Shown one piece after another: positions 1 through 9,436 of a stretch of 64,000 nucleotides of DNA. This DNA comes from an uncultured Alphaproteobacteria bacterium. GTDB taxonomy: Bacteria; Pseudomonadota; Alphaproteobacteria; Rs-D84. The stretch spans positions 29,905-93,904 of the forward strand of contig CALXPB010000003.1 of assembly GCA_944390225.1 (NCBI GenBank), in the 5' to 3' direction. The translations under genes and the position numbers were made by a program. Positions within the stretch are counted from its first letter, which is position 1. Each line of letters opens with the position of its first letter. Below the pieces are notes generated by a model. The model was not told the origin of the DNA and searched no databases. It saw only the letters and a list, made by a program, of their open reading frames with translations.

Positions 1-68
1 CGATTTCTGTTTAGAAAAATGTGATTAAAAACTTGAAAAAAGTACAATAAACTGACTATAATTTTGAC

Positions 69-1721
69 ATGTTAACAGGATTGCATATTTCTAATATAGT
101 CCTAATTGAAAAACTGAGTTTAGAATTCGGTAGGGGGCTTAATGTATTAACAGGGGAAACCGGAGCCGGTAAAAGTATTTTACTTGACGCCTTGGCACTG
201 GCACTGGGGGCCAGATCTGATGTAGGTCTGGTTCGTCATGGGTGTGATTGTGCTTCTGTAATTGCAGAGTTTGATTCTGCTAGTGAAGATTTGCGTTCCA
301 TTCTTGATGAAAACGGCATAGATTATGATGAGGGCATAATTCTGCGAAGAAATCTTACTTTGGACGGGAAAAGTCGCGCATGGGTAAACGACATCCCTGT
401 ATCAATAAAAACACTGAAACAAATCGGTGATAGTTTAGTTGAAATTCACGGTCAATTTGCAAATCATTCGTTATTAGATCCGACAACTCATCGTCAGGCC
501 TTAGATAGTTTTGCTGTAATATACGATTCTAAAAATGCAGATTTGATTGAAGCGGTAAAAATGACGTATGAAGAATATAGAAACGCTGTGAAACGCTTAA
601 ACGATTTACAAGATATGCTAGACAAAACTGCATCTGAACGTGATTTTTTACAGCATAATGTATCTGAATTGCAGGCACTTAACGTAAAAGTTGGCGAAGA
701 AGAAGAATTATCAAATCGGCGCACAGCAATTATGAACGCTGAAAAAGATGCTGCCATTTTGACCGACGCGCTTGCAGTTCTAACTCAAAATAGCGAGAGC
801 CTTGACGCGCAAATATTTTCTGCTGCGCACATACTAGAACGCATAAAAACGGAACCCAATCCGTATCAGGCACAAATAGATGCGCTTTATGATGCAGGAC
901 AAACCGTATCAGACGTAATAAGCAAAATAAAACCGGATGATGTAGACATAGATAGTATAGACGCCATAGAAGAACGACTTTTTGCCATTCGTGCAATTGC
1001 AAGAAAACACAGAGTCTCTGCGGACGAACTGCCAGAGAAACTTTTACAAATGACTCAGCAGTTAAACGCCATTGATAATTCAGACGCAGAATTAAAACGT
1101 TTAAAAGACTTGGTTGGTAGAAAAGAATCCGATTTTTATGACCAGTCAAATAAACTTACGCAAGCAAGGAAAAACGCGGCAAATGAATTGCGTAATCGTA
1201 TTCTGGCGGAATTACCCGACTTAAAATTGGGGCAGGCGGACTTTCAAATAGAAATAAAACCGACACCACCGTCGGCACATGGCTCTGATGATGCTTTGTT
1301 TATGATAAAGACCAACCCCGGAATGCCGTTTGCTCCGTTACACAAGGCCGCGTCTGGTGGGGAGTTGGCTCGTTTAATGTTAGCGTTACGCGTTGTTCTG
1401 GCGACTCATCAAGATGCACACACGTTCATTTTTGATGAAGTGGATACCGGTATCAGCGGGGCAACCGCCAGTGCCGTAGGACAACGGCTTAACAAATTAG
1501 CGCAAGAATCACAGGCTTTGGTAATTACGCATTCTGCGCAAGTCGCAGGATTTGCAGACAGGCATTTTAAAATAGAAAAACATACTACCGCAGAAAGTAC
1601 TATTACGAACGTTTCAGAGATAACCGACAACGCAAGATTAAATGAAATCGCCAGAATAATAAGCGGTGCAGAAATCACACCGGAATCGTTGGCAACCGCT
1701 AAAACTTTAATCAAGGTCTAG
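69..1721 (+). CDS. recN: DNA repair protein RecN
   Basis: 550-aa ORF. It has an N-terminal Walker A (GETGAGKS), a long helical middle, and a C-terminal ASGGELARLMLAL signature plus FIFDEVD Walker B, as in RecN/SMC-like ATPases. Confidence 0.92.
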   Translation: MLTGLHISNIVLIEKLSLEFGRGLNVLTGETGAGKSILLDALALALGARSDVGLVRHGCDCASVIAEFDSASEDLRSILDENGIDYDEGIILRRNLTLDGKSRAWVNDIPVSIKTLKQIGDSLVEIHGQFANHSLLDPTTHRQALDSFAVIYDSKNADLIEAVKMTYEEYRNAVKRLNDLQDMLDKTASERDFLQHNVSELQALNVKVGEEEELSNRRTAIMNAEKDAAILTDALAVLTQNSESLDAQIFSAAHILERIKTEPNPYQAQIDALYDAGQTVSDVISKIKPDDVDIDSIDAIEERLFAIRAIARKHRVSADELPEKLLQMTQQLNAIDNSDAELKRLKDLVGRKESDFYDQSNKLTQARKNAANELRNRILAELPDLKLGQADFQIEIKPTPPSAHGSDDALFMIKTNPGMPFAPLHKAASGGELARLMLALRVVLATHQDAHTFIFDEVDTGISGATASAVGQRLNKLAQESQALVITHSAQVAGFADRHFKIEKHTTAESTITNVSEITDNARLNEIARIISGAEITPESLATAKTLIKV

Positions 1722-2948
1722 GATACCGTCTGCGAACTCAATTTTTACAGGTTTTAAATTATCAGCCTTTCTACTGATTATTCTATTGTCTGCATCACGT
1801 GCAATTACATAACCACGTTGTAAGACGTTTTTATAACTAAGTGATTTCAACATTTGTCCCATATGTAAAATAGATTGATTCCAAGCAAGCATTTTTGTTT
1901 GCAAAACGTTCGAGAAATTTGCCGTCAATAACATTTTTTGACGTGCCGTCGTTAACTTCCCCATAATTATTATTCCCAATGTTCTTGAAACATCATCTAC
2001 TCTTTGAGCCTGTTCCATAACCAACTGCTTAGGGCTTTTTAATACCAGATTCTCTAATCTTGACTTGGTATTAACAAGCCTTGTTGTAAAACTGTTGGAC
2101 AACCTGTGCCATAAATTATCTAACTCTTGAATCAGCGACAATTTTGTTGGTACGACTATTTCTGCCGCTCCTGTCGGTGTAGGGGCACGAACATCAGCGG
2201 CGAAATCTATTAGCATCCAATCAGGTTCGTGTCCGACCCCAGACACCAAAGGAATTCGACTTGCCGCAGCAGCGCGCACAACAATTTCTTCTGAAAAGGG
2301 CAGCAAGTCTTCCAACGAGCCACCGCCCCTTGCTACAATTATTACATCTACGTTACCGGTACGATTAAAATATTCTATTCCTGCCGCAACCTCTGCCGCA
2401 GCAGTTGTTCCTTGCACTGTTGCGGGGTATAGAATTATCTTTACGGGGAATCTTTCTCTTAATCTGTTTTGAATGTCTTGAAACGCTGCACCAGTAGGGC
2501 TTGTAACAACACCGATGGTTTCTGGGAAACGCGGTAAAGGCTTCTTTTTTGCTGGATCAAACAGACCCTCGGCTGAAAGTTTTCTTTTACGTTCCTCCAA
2601 CATTTTTAATATTGCACCCACGCCGGCCATTTCTATTTCACTGACAATAATCTGATAATTACTGCGTGCAGGATATGTAGTAAAACGACCTGTTATAATT
2701 ACTTCTAAACCATCTTCCAGTTTAAACGGAACAGGGGTTCCACGCCATATAATTACGGATATTGCAGCGTTTGCGTCTTTTATCGTCATATATAAATGCC
2801 CCGACGTAGCGCGAGTAATTTGTGATAATTCACCACGAATTTTTATTCTGGGGAAAGCGGTTTCTACAACGTTTTTTAATAGCGCAGACGCATCTGATAC
2901 GCTGAAAATTGTGTCTGGTTGAACAAAAGGTTCTGGTTTTTCTAACAT
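1707..2948 (-). CDS. xseA: Exodeoxyribonuclease VII large subunit
   Basis: 413-aa ORF. The N-terminal OB-fold region (IKIRGELSQITRATSGHLYMTIKD) and the length fit XseA. Its 3' end overlaps the recN 3' end by 15 nt. Confidence 0.9.
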   Translation of the reverse strand: MLEKPEPFVQPDTIFSVSDASALLKNVVETAFPRIKIRGELSQITRATSGHLYMTIKDANAAISVIIWRGTPVPFKLEDGLEVIITGRFTTYPARSNYQIIVSEIEMAGVGAILKMLEERKRKLSAEGLFDPAKKKPLPRFPETIGVVTSPTGAAFQDIQNRLRERFPVKIILYPATVQGTTAAAEVAAGIEYFNRTGNVDVIIVARGGGSLEDLLPFSEEIVVRAAAASRIPLVSGVGHEPDWMLIDFAADVRAPTPTGAAEIVVPTKLSLIQELDNLWHRLSNSFTTRLVNTKSRLENLVLKSPKQLVMEQAQRVDDVSRTLGIIIMGKLTTARQKMLLTANFSNVLQTKMLAWNQSILHMGQMLKSLSYKNVLQRGYVIARDADNRIISRKADNLKPVKIEFADGILDLD

Positions 2949-3404
2949 TTATTCTAGTCCTGCTTGTTGCCCGAGCAAAAAAGCCTTTTCTTTAACAATT
3001 TTTAAAAATTCTTTATCTGTATATATGCGCTGTTCAGGAAGCCCCGTATAATAAGGAAATGGTGTATCAAACTGAGTATATGTTATATCAAAAGGACCAT
3101 AATATACCTTGTGTTGCAACCACCAATGCAGAGGGTTTTTCATCAAGGTCCAGATTTTATCACCGCCTGTTTTTTCATAAATATAATAACTACTTACCAA
3201 ACAAAAACCGGTTGCTGGATCACAATTATTTTCCAATACCTCGCCAAAAACTTTTTTATATGTAAGTTTGTACTTAAAAGACTCTCGCAACAAAAAGACC
3301 ATTTTTTCCAAAGAAAACTTACCAATCTGTGGAACTTCATAATCCATAGCCAGCAGCATTAATTCTTTCGTTGCTTTATCATAAGATTCAAGTTTATTGT
3401 GCAT
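2949..3404 (-). CDS. Hypothetical cytoplasmic protein, Trp/Tyr-rich, family not recognised
   Basis: The ORF is packed between tsaD and xseA, with its stop abutting the xseA start. The track start (GTG at 3461) would overlap tsaD by 22 nt, so I prefer the internal ATG at 3404. No family recognised. Confidence 0.5.
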   Translation of the reverse strand: MHNKLESYDKATKELMLLAMDYEVPQIGKFSLEKMVFLLRESFKYKLTYKKVFGEVLENNCDPATGFCLVSSYYIYEKTGGDKIWTLMKNPLHWWLQHKVYYGPFDITYTQFDTPFPYYTGLPEQRIYTDKEFLKIVKEKAFLLGQQAGLE

Positions 3405-3439
3405 ATCAGAAAGATACCAGAAAACCCAGTAGTTTTCAA

Positions 3440-4573
3440 CTACAAATCCGTTAACGGCCACCGCGGACGAGGGGCAATAGGACCAATAACCACACGGCCT
3501 AATCTGAAATTTTCAATTCCTGCCCAAGCAATCATAGCACCGTTATCTGTACACAAATTCATCGGAGGAGCAGCAAAAAGCATATTATTTTCTTTTGCTA
3601 ACTGTTCCATCGCGGAACGAATGGCACTATTTTTTGCTACACCACCAGCAACGACCAAAGTCTTTGGGTTAGTCTTTTTTACGCGTTCGTCTTTTACGGC
3701 ATTTGTTAAACGGTTGATTATACAATCAACAACAGAAGCCTGAAAAGAAGCGCAGAAATCATTTATAAATTCTTCGGAATAGGGGGAAGGTGATCTTTCT
3801 AAAAAAGTTCTTGCCGCTGTTTTTATCCCGCTGAAAGAAAAATTGCAACCCGGTTTATCACATAACGGTCTCGGGAAGTTAAAGGCTTTCGGATTTCCCA
3901 ATTTCGCTTTTTTATCAACAATCGGTCCCCCAGGGTAGCCCAACCCCAACATCTTAGCAATTTTATCAAACGCTTCACCGGCACTGTCATCTAATGTTTG
4001 ACCTATTAATTCATAATTACCGACACCTTGCACAAGTAATATCTGGCAATGTCCCCCAGACGCTAACATTAATAAATAAGGAAAGTCTACTGATACACTT
4101 TCATCACCGCCACTGGCAGTTGTGGCATGTAAACGTGGAACCAGAGCGTGCCCTTCAAGGTGGTTAACTGCAACCAATGGTTTGTCCGTAGATTGCGCAA
4201 TTCCCGTTGCCGCCATCCACCCAATTAAGACCCCACCTATTAAACCAGGGCCTGCCGTCGCTGCAACGACATCAATATCAGAAATTGTCTTACCCGCTTT
4301 TTCCAAAGTCTGTCTTACGACCTCGTCTATGGCCAAAATATGAGCGCGCGCCGCAAGTTCAGGTACTACCCCACCATATTTCTGATGCTCGGGTATCTGA
4401 GAATAAATTATATGCGACAGAATATTCCTTTCAGAGTCAACAATTGCCGCACTGGTTTCATCACAAGATGATTCTATGCCAAGACATAAAATACCGTGCT
4501 TTTCTTTATTCTTTTTATTTGCACCATTCGCAAAACTTCCCATATCAAAACGAATAATTTTTTCTTCACTCAT
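3440..4573 (-). CDS. tsaD: tRNA N6-adenosine threonylcarbamoyltransferase TsaD
   Basis: 377-aa ORF with Kae1/TsaD motifs GIESSCDETSAAIV, AVNHLEGHAL and SGGHCQ. It has a short N-terminal extension. Confidence 0.92.
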   Translation of the reverse strand: MSEEKIIRFDMGSFANGANKKNKEKHGILCLGIESSCDETSAAIVDSERNILSHIIYSQIPEHQKYGGVVPELAARAHILAIDEVVRQTLEKAGKTISDIDVVAATAGPGLIGGVLIGWMAATGIAQSTDKPLVAVNHLEGHALVPRLHATTASGGDESVSVDFPYLLMLASGGHCQILLVQGVGNYELIGQTLDDSAGEAFDKIAKMLGLGYPGGPIVDKKAKLGNPKAFNFPRPLCDKPGCNFSFSGIKTAARTFLERSPSPYSEEFINDFCASFQASVVDCIINRLTNAVKDERVKKTNPKTLVVAGGVAKNSAIRSAMEQLAKENNMLFAAPPMNLCTDNGAMIAWAGIENFRLGRVVIGPIAPRPRWPLTDL

Positions 4574-5262
4574 TTTATTTTCACCAAAGTTATACCCAAA
4601 TTATTTTTGTTCTTTTTCAGTTCTTTCGCATAATCAAAAAAATTTACATCTACAACTTTACCGGCTTTGGAAGAAGCGTGTCTAAGGGTCCCATCAGGAA
4701 ATACGAATCCCATATGAACAACCGCTAAATCAGTTCCAAGTTTATCATTTTTTCCAGAATTTCCAGTAATAAATAAGACAATTAACGGTTCTGTTATCTT
4801 TAACCCGATTAAATCATCATATGGTATATATTCTATTTCTACAATTTCTGGTTTAAAATCGGAATCTATATTATGCTTTTTTTTCAACCAATTCTTTTTA
4901 TCTATTACAACAGTACGAATTTTTGTGTTTGCGTAATTTGAACTTATATTTTCAACAATATCGCAATTATTTTTCAGCCAATCAGATTCTATGAAATGAT
5001 TTCTGTTAATAAAACTAATTTCACCGTCTTTATAACGAATTTTGTTTAATGTATTAACGTCTTCACCTGCCAAGACGGTCTCAACAAAAGTCACGCAATC
5101 AAATGCGTCACGCCTTATCAATGGGTCTGTATCCGGAAAAGTTTCTTCTCCCAAGGGGTCTGAAACATATTGCACTCCAAGATATTCTTCGCCCAAAGAT
5201 TTAAAGTTTTTATTTGCAGAACACGCCGTTAATAATAAAAACAGGTATAAAAACAAACGCAT
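4570..5262 (-). CDS. Lipoprotein, DUF1460-like (amidase-like fold) by recollection
   Basis: It has a signal peptide with lipobox LLLTAC. The motif DAFDCVTFVETVLA resembles my memory of the DUF1460 family. It overlaps the tsaD start by 4 nt. Confidence 0.45.
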   Translation of the reverse strand: MRLFLYLFLLLTACSANKNFKSLGEEYLGVQYVSDPLGEETFPDTDPLIRRDAFDCVTFVETVLAGEDVNTLNKIRYKDGEISFINRNHFIESDWLKNNCDIVENISSNYANTKIRTVVIDKKNWLKKKHNIDSDFKPEIVEIEYIPYDDLIGLKITEPLIVLFITGNSGKNDKLGTDLAVVHMGFVFPDGTLRHASSKAGKVVDVNFFDYAKELKKNKNNLGITLVKIK

Positions 5263-5263
5263 A

Positions 5264-5569
5264 TTAATTATTTTCTTTTAATTGTATACCGGTATAACAA
5301 AGAGACACAGCATCTTTTACAGCCATTTCACCGGAATCTGGTAGAGACGCGATTTTATCAACACATTGTACCAAAAGTTCTGAATGTTCATCAGAAGCAA
5401 TCAAAATCTGCACCGTAGCAATACGTCGTTCAACATCAGCGCTACGCCATTTTTTTAGGTTAGCACTCTCTAAATCGTTAACACCCTGAGCAATAAAAAA
5501 AATCACAATAGCCATTATTAAAACAGCAATCCCGATAAAAAATTTCAGATAATTTTTTAAGAATTTCAT
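5264..5569 (-). CDS. Small membrane-anchored hypothetical protein
   Basis: 101-aa ORF with one N-terminal hydrophobic helix (FFIGIAVLIMAIVIFFIA). There is a 1-nt gap to the downstream gene. No family recognised. Confidence 0.45.
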   Translation of the reverse strand: MKFLKNYLKFFIGIAVLIMAIVIFFIAQGVNDLESANLKKWRSADVERRIATVQILIASDEHSELLVQCVDKIASLPDSGEMAVKDAVSLCYTGIQLKENN

Positions 5570-5592
5570 TTTTTATCTCCCACTTAAATCTG

Positions 5593-5952
5593 CTATTCAC
5601 ACTTTACCAGCCATACATCATAGTCTGCATTCTGTAAAGGGTTTTCGCCGGGTTCATTAGCGTTCATCCACCCGCTAAAAATCTTTCCTTCGGATGTTTT
5701 ATAGATTTCTATAAACGAAAAGAAATTTTCTGCTTGAAACGGGTCGGTTTGCTTACAAGAACGCACCAGCAACGATAACTTTTCAAAATCCGTACTTTCT
5801 CCTACTGGCAAAGTCAATGTTTGTACTTTTCCGGCGGCCTTATTCATAACTCTTACTATTGCGATACTTTTGTCGATATACGCATCTGCTTTTTCAGGCA
5901 AAGAGATACACATTAACGAAGAAATAATAAGAATTTTAAATATATTTTTCAT
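5593..5952 (-). CDS. DUF2155 domain protein (alphaproteobacterial periplasmic protein)
   Basis: The signal peptide starts at MKNIF (ATG at 5952). The motifs FSGWMNANEPG and YDVWLVKCE match the conserved end of DUF2155 as I recall it. Confidence 0.6.
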   Translation of the reverse strand: MKNIFKILIISSLMCISLPEKADAYIDKSIAIVRVMNKAAGKVQTLTLPVGESTDFEKLSLLVRSCKQTDPFQAENFFSFIEIYKTSEGKIFSGWMNANEPGENPLQNADYDVWLVKCE

Positions 5953-6057
5953 GACTATTATATTATCTTTACCAGAAACCAATGTCAAACCATTAAATAA
6001 TAAAAATATATAGCATTAAAAACAGTTTGTTTTTATAAAAAAACGCGACGTTTTGAG

Positions 6058-6092
6058 CAAAAAGAAACCGCATAAACTGCGGTTTCTTTTTT
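6058..6092 (-). terminator. Terminator after rplS
   Basis: Hairpin gaaaccgc/gcggtttc flanked by A- and T-runs. Confidence 0.7.
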
Positions 6093-6105
6093 ACAGAAAA
6101 TAAAA

Positions 6106-6498
6106 TTATTTATTTTCTTCTTTCTCCGTAGAATTTACAGACAAATCTTCAACAATACGTGCTTTTTTGCCAGACAAACCACGCAAGAAAAATAATTTAG
6201 CACGACGAACCTTACCAGTACGAACCTTTTCAATTTTTTCAATTGCAGGGCTGTAAAGAGGGAATTTGCGTTCTACGCCGACCCCATAAGATTCACGACG
6301 TACAGTAAAGGATGCATTATTTCCTTCGCCACCATCACGCGCAATTACGACGCCTTCAAAAACTTGGATGCGAAATTTATCACCATCTTTAATCTTTACG
6401 TGTACTTTCACTGTATCACCAGATTTAAATGCTGGGATTTTTTTATCGCCTTTTAGTTTTGCAACTTGTGCGGCTTCAATTTTTTTAATAATGCTCAT
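6106..6498 (-). CDS. rplS: 50S ribosomal protein L19
   Basis: 130-aa ORF with typical L19 sequence ([30 protein letters not shown]). It is the last gene of the rpsP operon. Confidence 0.95.
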   Translation of the reverse strand: MSIIKKIEAAQVAKLKGDKKIPAFKSGDTVKVHVKIKDGDKFRIQVFEGVVIARDGGEGNNASFTVRRESYGVGVERKFPLYSPAIEKIEKVRTGKVRRAKLFFLRGLSGKKARIVEDLSVNSTEKEENK

Positions 6499-6499
6499 T

Positions 6500-7180
6500 T
6501 TACTTTTCCTTTATTAAATCCGGACGACGTTTTTTTGTTATTTCGTCCGATTGTTGTTTCCGCCATCTTTCTATATTGCCGTGATGACCGGACAGCAGGA
6601 CTTCTGGGACATTTCGTCCACGCCATGCCGACGGGCGGGTATACAACGGCCATTCAAGCCCCCCGATTTCAAAACTTTCATTAGCGGTTGCCTCAGTGCC
6701 ACCGCCCAAGACATTATCTAACACACGAACGACGCTGTCAATAAAAACTTGTGCAGCAACTTCCCCGCCAGATAATATATAATCCCCGATAGATAACTCT
6801 GTTATATCATATTCGTCTATAACACGTTGATCTATCCCCTCGTATCTACCACAGAGCAGGGTATAAGTTGCGTCTTTATCTCTTGCAAAATCCCGAACCA
6901 TACCTTGATTTAATGTAAGCCCGCGCGGTGAAAAATATATTATTTTTCCGCGTTTTTGTACAGAATCAATAGCATTTCCAAGAACGTCCGGTCGCATAAC
7001 CATACCAACACCACCTCCGAACTGCTCATCGTCAACACTGCCATAATTATTTATTGCAAAGTCACGAATGTTTATAGTGTCATACGACCATAACCCTTTT
7101 TCCAGAGCACGACCGACCACGCCGGCACCCAGCGTTCCAGGAAACATCTCAGAAAAAATAGTTAATATGTTAAAGTGCAC
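6500..7180 (-). CDS. trmD: tRNA (guanine37-N1)-methyltransferase TrmD
   Basis: 226-aa [28 protein letters not shown] and [11 protein letters not shown] are TrmD hallmarks. Confidence 0.95.
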   Translation of the reverse strand: MHFNILTIFSEMFPGTLGAGVVGRALEKGLWSYDTINIRDFAINNYGSVDDEQFGGGVGMVMRPDVLGNAIDSVQKRGKIIYFSPRGLTLNQGMVRDFARDKDATYTLLCGRYEGIDQRVIDEYDITELSIGDYILSGGEVAAQVFIDSVVRVLDNVLGGGTEATANESFEIGGLEWPLYTRPSAWRGRNVPEVLLSGHHGNIERWRKQQSDEITKKRRPDLIKEK

Positions 7181-7185
7181 AATTT

Positions 7186-7482
7186 TTACCTGATTTTATT
7201 TTTCTTGCATTTATTACATATGTCCGCAATCATTTTCATAACATATGAATTATAAAAATCATTTACTTTATTATTTACAGGCGTTACGTAAATAGCCTTA
7301 TCACATACTATGGTACATTTATTAGTAAGTTTATATTTACACCTATTTTCTATAGAGTTAAGAAAATTTATTGCAGGACATTTATTTAGTGATCCTTTTT
7401 TACACTTCGTATAAACTTGATTGTTTGTAAATTTTTGTGTCATGTAAAAACAAACGTCTATCGGTTTTTTATCATTAGACAT
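7186..7482 (-). CDS. Small Cys/Lys-rich protein, tandem paralog 1 of 3, unknown function
   Basis: 98-aa ORF lying 5 nt upstream of trmD. It aligns colinearly with the ORFs at 7498-7797 and 7812-8117 and has an SD-like GAAGGAT upstream. Confidence 0.6.
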   Translation of the reverse strand: MSNDKKPIDVCFYMTQKFTNNQVYTKCKKGSLNKCPAINFLNSIENRCKYKLTNKCTIVCDKAIYVTPVNNKVNDFYNSYVMKMIADICNKCKKNKIR

Positions 7483-7497
7483 TTTTTTATCCTTCTT

Positions 7498-7797
7498 TTA
7501 ACGAGTTTTTACATTATGTTCACATTTATTACAGATATCATCAATAATCCCCATAAAATATAAATGAGAAATTACTTCTATTTTTGTATCGGTCGGTTTT
7601 ATAAGAATTACTTTATCCCCTAAATTTATAAGTTTATTTGTAAGTTTATAATTATAACTTTCTTTTGTCGAATCTATAAATTTTATTACAGGACATTTGT
7701 TTAAAGAAGCATTTTTACACTTTGTATAAACTTGATTGTTTTCAAATTTTCGAGTCATATAAAAACAAACACCCATCGTTTTTTTATCGTCAGACAT
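7498..7797 (-). CDS. Small Cys/Lys-rich protein, tandem paralog 2 of 3
   Basis: 99-aa ORF, roughly half identical to paralog 1 by hand alignment. The conserved pieces are CFYMT.KF.NNQVYTKC..SLNKCP and a C-terminal ICNKC. Confidence 0.6.
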   Translation of the reverse strand: MSDDKKTMGVCFYMTRKFENNQVYTKCKNASLNKCPVIKFIDSTKESYNYKLTNKLINLGDKVILIKPTDTKIEVISHLYFMGIIDDICNKCEHNVKTR

Positions 7798-7811
7798 TTT
7801 TTACCCTTTTT

Positions 7812-8117
7812 TTAATGATTTTTTACATTATATTTACATTTACTACAAATAGCATCCATCATATTCATAACATAAACATTATAAAATGAATCCATATCCT
7901 TTCTAACAGGTATAACATTTATCACTTTATCGCTATGGCTTTCTTTTTTATTCGCAATTCTATACTTATAAGAGAAAATTATACCTTTTAAAAATTTTAA
8001 TGACGGACAATTTCTTAAAGATTTATTTATACATTTAACCTGTACCTGATTGTTTCTGATTTTTTTAGGTATATAGAAACAAATATTAATTGGTGTTTTT
8101 CCTCTATAAAAAAACAT
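7812..8117 (-). CDS. Small Cys/Lys-rich protein, tandem paralog 3 of 3
   Basis: 101-aa ORF starting 2 nt after the rimM stop. It has the same conserved Cys skeleton as paralogs 1 and 2 (CFY, KC, CP, CxxC). Confidence 0.6.
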   Translation of the reverse strand: MFFYRGKTPINICFYIPKKIRNNQVQVKCINKSLRNCPSLKFLKGIIFSYKYRIANKKESHSDKVINVIPVRKDMDSFYNVYVMNMMDAICSKCKYNVKNH

Positions 8118-8119
8118 GT

Positions 8120-8590
8120 TTAATCCTTTACGTATATAGTTTTTTCCGTGGCTTTTATATCAACATTAGAAAAAGCCAACATTTCACCGTTATCAAGTTC
8201 CAAGATGTCCCCAGCACCATAATTTTGTATATTATCAACCACACCCAGAAGTACACCATCACGAATAACCCGCATACCTATTAAATCTGCTTGATAATAT
8301 TCACCGTCTTTCAATTCCGGCAATTCGTCACGATTAATAAATAATTCTATACCTCGCAACATTTCCGCTGAATTTCTGTCTGCTACACCGTCTATTTTTG
8401 CGATAACCACAGAAGAAGTCGGGTTAAGTCGGCGCACAAAATGAAAAGTCCCATCAGTCAACTTTTCACTATGTACTTTCAATATTTTAAAATCCTCTGG
8501 GTTCTGTGTATAAGTCTGAATACGTACCTCACCACGAATACCTTGCGGTGCAACAATTTTCCCAACCAAAATCTTATTTGTTTTTAGCAT
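8120..8590 (-). CDS. rimM: 16S rRNA processing protein RimM
   Basis: 156-aa ORF. The N-terminal ILVGKIVAPQGIRGEVRI motif and a PRC-barrel-like C-terminus are present, and it sits between rpsP and trmD. Confidence 0.9.
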   Translation of the reverse strand: MLKTNKILVGKIVAPQGIRGEVRIQTYTQNPEDFKILKVHSEKLTDGTFHFVRRLNPTSSVVIAKIDGVADRNSAEMLRGIELFINRDELPELKDGEYYQADLIGMRVIRDGVLLGVVDNIQNYGAGDILELDNGEMLAFSNVDIKATEKTIYVKD

Positions 8591-8849
8591 TTTGCTTATA
8601 CTTAGTTAAATTTTCTATCATATGTTTAACGTACCTTGGGCAAATTTCCGGATCGCATTCACATATAACATTTTCAGAAACAAAAATGTTTTTTTCTTGT
8701 TCTTTATAAAAAGCCTTGCTCTTTTGTCTGCACGACTCATTAGTACGGTAATCTATGTCGCACTTAAATGGGACTATATTATCATACGGACAAAATTCTA
8801 ACTTTTTATTTTCCAATATATAAATACCTTTTTTGTGGTACTCGGGCAC
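8574..8849 (-). CDS. Small Cys-rich basic protein, unknown function
   Basis: 91-aa ORF between rpsP and rimM that overlaps the rimM start by 17 nt. It has six Cys, including FCP, ICEC and ICP. No family recognised. Confidence 0.5.
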   Translation of the reverse strand: MPEYHKKGIYILENKKLEFCPYDNIVPFKCDIDYRTNESCRQKSKAFYKEQEKNIFVSENVICECDPEICPRYVKHMIENLTKYKQNAKNK

Positions 8850-8881
8850 ACAGAAGTACCCGAGTCCATTAAAAGCAAAAA

Positions 8882-9436
8882 TTATTCATTAGCCGTTTGC
8901 TCTTCCGCAGGCTTTTCGCTTGAAGCATCCGCAGAAGCTTCACCGCTTTCGGCAACTGGTGCCTCTTCATTAGAAGATTCTGCTGGTGTTTCTGAAGGCG
9001 CTTCAACAGGCGCATCTGCAACTGGTGCCTCGGCAGGAGTTTCTGCCGCAGCCTTTGCCGCCGCTTCGGCAGCCGCTTTTTCTTCCGCTATTTTAGCCAA
9101 CTTTTCCTGTTTATCTTTTATTTTCATCTGAGTTTTTTCAGACTGTAAATGTTTTTTCGTCTGAACGGGGATAGGTTTCTTTTCAACCAAACCCAATTTA
9201 ACCAAGAACTTGTAAACACGATCAGAAGGTTTTGCACCTTTGACCATCCAAGCCTTTACCGCATCAACATTTAAAACAACACGCTTATCACTGTCGCGTG
9301 GTTGCATGGGATCATATTTACCAACCGTATCCAGAATATTACCAGAATTACGTGCGTTACGAGAATCTGTAACCACGACATGATAATAAGGACGTTTTTT
9401 AGCACCAAAACGTGCCAATCTTATAACTGTTGCCAT
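8882..9436 (-). CDS. rpsP: 30S ribosomal protein S16 with a long Ala/Glu/Pro-rich C-terminal tail
   Basis: The N-terminus MATVIRLARFGAKKRPYYHVVVTDSRNARNSG is canonical S16. The last ~78 aa are low-complexity A/E/P/S. Confidence 0.95.
   Translation of the reverse strand: MATVIRLARFGAKKRPYYHVVVTDSRNARNSGNILDTVGKYDPMQPRDSDKRVVLNVDAVKAWMVKGAKPSDRVYKFLVKLGLVEKKPIPVQTKKHLQSEKTQMKIKDKQEKLAKIAEEKAAAEAAAKAAAETPAEAPVADAPVEAPSETPAESSNEEAPVAESGEASADASSEKPAEEQTANE

Noticed and set aside
8574-8849. I considered whether the ORF between rpsP and rimM is the KH-domain protein YlqC found at this position in Firmicutes.
   Set aside because: It has no GxxG KH motif and no similarity to YlqC as I recall it. It is Cys-rich instead, so it is kept as an unknown small protein.
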